A stretch of DNA of 64,000 nucleotides from Candidatus Hydrogenedentota bacterium (GTDB taxonomy: Bacteria > Hydrogenedentota > Hydrogenedentia > Hydrogenedentales > SLHB01): NCBI GenBank assembly GCA_963745075.1, contig CAVUWV010000001.1, forward strand, positions 128,001-192,000. The letters are read 5' to 3'. This document shows, piece after piece, positions 62,067 to 64,000 of this stretch. Below the pieces are notes generated by a model that was given only the letters and a program-made list of their open reading frames with translations, made no database searches and had not been told where the DNA came from. Position numbers and translations under genes: made by a program. Position 1 is the stretch's first letter, and every line of letters starts with the position of its first letter.

Positions 62067-64000
62067 TGCCCGACTCCCGTGGGCGAGCCGCCGGACGATG
62101 CCGGTCGTCCCGTTGAGTTCTACTTCGTCGCCGTCGTTAAGCCAGGAGGTGAGTCCGTCGATGGAAACGATGCTGGGTATGCCCAACTCGCGCGAGACGA
62201 TTGCCGAATGGGACAAGAGGCTTCCGCGTTCCACGAGCAAGCCGGCGGCGGCGGAAAAGAGCACAATCCAACCCGGATCGGTGGTCCTCGCGGCGAGGAT
62301 CTCGCCGGGTTGAAGCCGTTCGTGGCGAGGGTCCGTTACCACGCGAACCTTGCCGCGGACGATCCCCGCGCAACAGCCGATACCGGATCGCTCCTCACCG
62401 TCCTCGCGCTCGTTGGGCGCTTGCTCTGACGAGATAGCATTTGCGCCTACGATGCCGTACGTTTCAAAGCGGCTGGGAAGCGGAGGCGCTTCACGGTAGG
62501 CGGCGAATTCGCGTTTGCGCACAGCGACCAACTCCCGCAGGGAGATGGTTGTCGCCCGTCCTTCGATGAATCCGAAGATTTCGTGACGTTCCAGGTAGAA
62601 CACGTCTTCCGGCGCGTCCAATGCGCCCGAATCAACGAGTCGCCGGCCGAGCGTTACGAAGATTCGGCGGACCAGTCCGAACACGCGTGTGCGCTCGAAC
62701 CGGAGGTTCTCCCGGTCGCGCACGCGGGCCTTGGCATGGCGCAAGACATAACGGAACACGCGGCCTTTCAGGCTCCAGGGAGATAACCTTTCGGCAACCA
62801 ATCGTTCAGCTGAGTCTTTCGGGTCATCACCTTCCGGCGCCGGTTCGCGATCGCTGGTTTGGCCGGCGTTGCGGTGCGCAAGATGTCCGACGCCGCGCAG
62901 GAGCGGCATGGGATCGTCGTGAAGTGTGGGACTTTCGAGTTTCAGTTCTTCGAGGCATCGGTCGCCAAACTCGTCGAGGTAGTTTTCAAACGCTTGCTTA
63001 AACTCAGAATGGTGGCTCATGGCTTCGCGGATTTCCGCGAGCGATCCGTCGCACAGAGCTTGCGCAAATCCGTCGGCGTCCGCGGCCAGTTCGGCCATCC
63101 GCAGCATCCGGCGCGAGGGTTCGACGCTAATCAGACCCTCCTGCCGGCAAAGCAGATCGTTGGCGAGCCCTTTCCGGCCGAGCCATTTCTCGGAGAGGCT
63201 GCCAAGCAGTCCGAAGAAGATCATGGCGAGGAAGTCGTTGATGAGGGGCGCATCCCAACGTCTCAGGAGTTTGGCCTCGACGGTCGAGTAATAGGCCGTC
63301 AATTCTTCGGCCCGCATGTTGACCAAGGTTTGCCGATCCACGGTGAGTGACGTTTCGAGGCGCGCATAGAAGGTGCGAATCGTGGCATCGAGGCGCAGGT
63401 GATGTCCGATGAGCGCGAATGCCGAACGCACAAGGTACAGGCTGTCCACCACCCGGGTGCGCCAATCCGGCACGACGGACGTATCGAGCACCTCGGGCGG
63501 CAGCGAGGACTTCACGCCCATCATCTGTTCCATAAACCCGCGATTGACCTGGAAGCCGGGCAGCAAAGCCAGTACGCGATACCAGTTCAGGAGGTTGTAG
63601 TAGACGCGTCCCTGCATGAGGCCGAGCATGTTGCGGAATACGGCGGCATTTTCTTCAATGCGGCGTTGAGGCACGCGCAATACGTGGCAGAATTGGCGAT
63701 AGACTTCGTCGTAGACGTAGCTGGCGAATGAAAACGTCAGCGGGGTAGTAACCCCGTTGTAACTCTCGACAATGTTGCTGTTGTCCCAAATATTGAGGAT
63801 ACCGTTTTGCGGGGTTCGCTGCGGGATCGTCGTGATTGGCCGGGACTGAAGCACATAGATTTGTCCATCCGCGATGGCCCATTCGATATCCTGGGGCCGT
63901 CCGAAGTGGGCGCTCAAGTCCCGAGCGAGTTCCGCGATTTGGAGGACTAGTTCGTCGGTTAGCGCCGGTTTCACGGCCTGTTCGGGGTCCACGTCTTCCA
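62067..64000 (-). CDS. PEP-utilising phosphotransferase (PEP synthase / rifampin phosphotransferase-like), 5' end outside the window
   Basis: PQDIEWA...LQSRPITT (ATP-grasp end); TDPGW...ERGSLLSHSAIVSRELGIP (phospho-His domain); no stop before DUF3419. Confidence 0.88.

Noticed and set aside
62067..64000. Rifampin resistance gene (rph) or gluconeogenic ppsA
   Set aside because: Architecture is RPH-like, but it lacks the C-terminal PEP-binding barrel of PpsA and sits in a biosynthetic operon; substrate cannot be assigned

Overview
GC-rich bacterial chromosomal window. The gene mix (Tat-exported sulfatases, DUF1080, ECF sigma factors with long extensions, DUF362/DUF6599) suggests a Planctomycetota- or Hydrogenedentota-like organism, which is inference only. 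Contents: central-carbon genes (galM, pgi, gpmA); many secreted glycan/sulfate enzymes; two ECF sigma modules; two type II toxin-antitoxin loci, both with a broken toxin; a DUF6599-DUF362-polyferredoxin-aldo/keto reductase module; two divergent tRNA-Val genes enclosing an AT-richer patch with an IS5 remnant; and at the right end a tightly coupled minus-strand operon (PEP-utilising phosphotransferase, DUF3419/BtaA-like, polyprenol kinase-like, GNAT, acyl-CoA ligase, MMPL, LolA-like, outer-membrane protein) that looks like an uncharacterised lipid synthesis and export pathway. Best candidate novel system: a ~1.69 kb single-gene element (11786-13472). It has no recognisable DDE, HUH or recombinase enzyme, encodes a protein with Rep_trans-like motifs plus a C-terminal winged helix, is flanked by CCCAG, has a terminal hairpin and an RBS-sequestering leader, and splits a REP-like palindrome. 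Also notable: ~130 codons of REP-like palindromes inserted in frame in a sulfatase, an unexplained ~260 bp diverged direct repeat, and at least five REP-like families. Most frameshifts are single-base insertions and are probably sequencing/assembly errors. All family calls come from motif recognition by eye; no searches were run.
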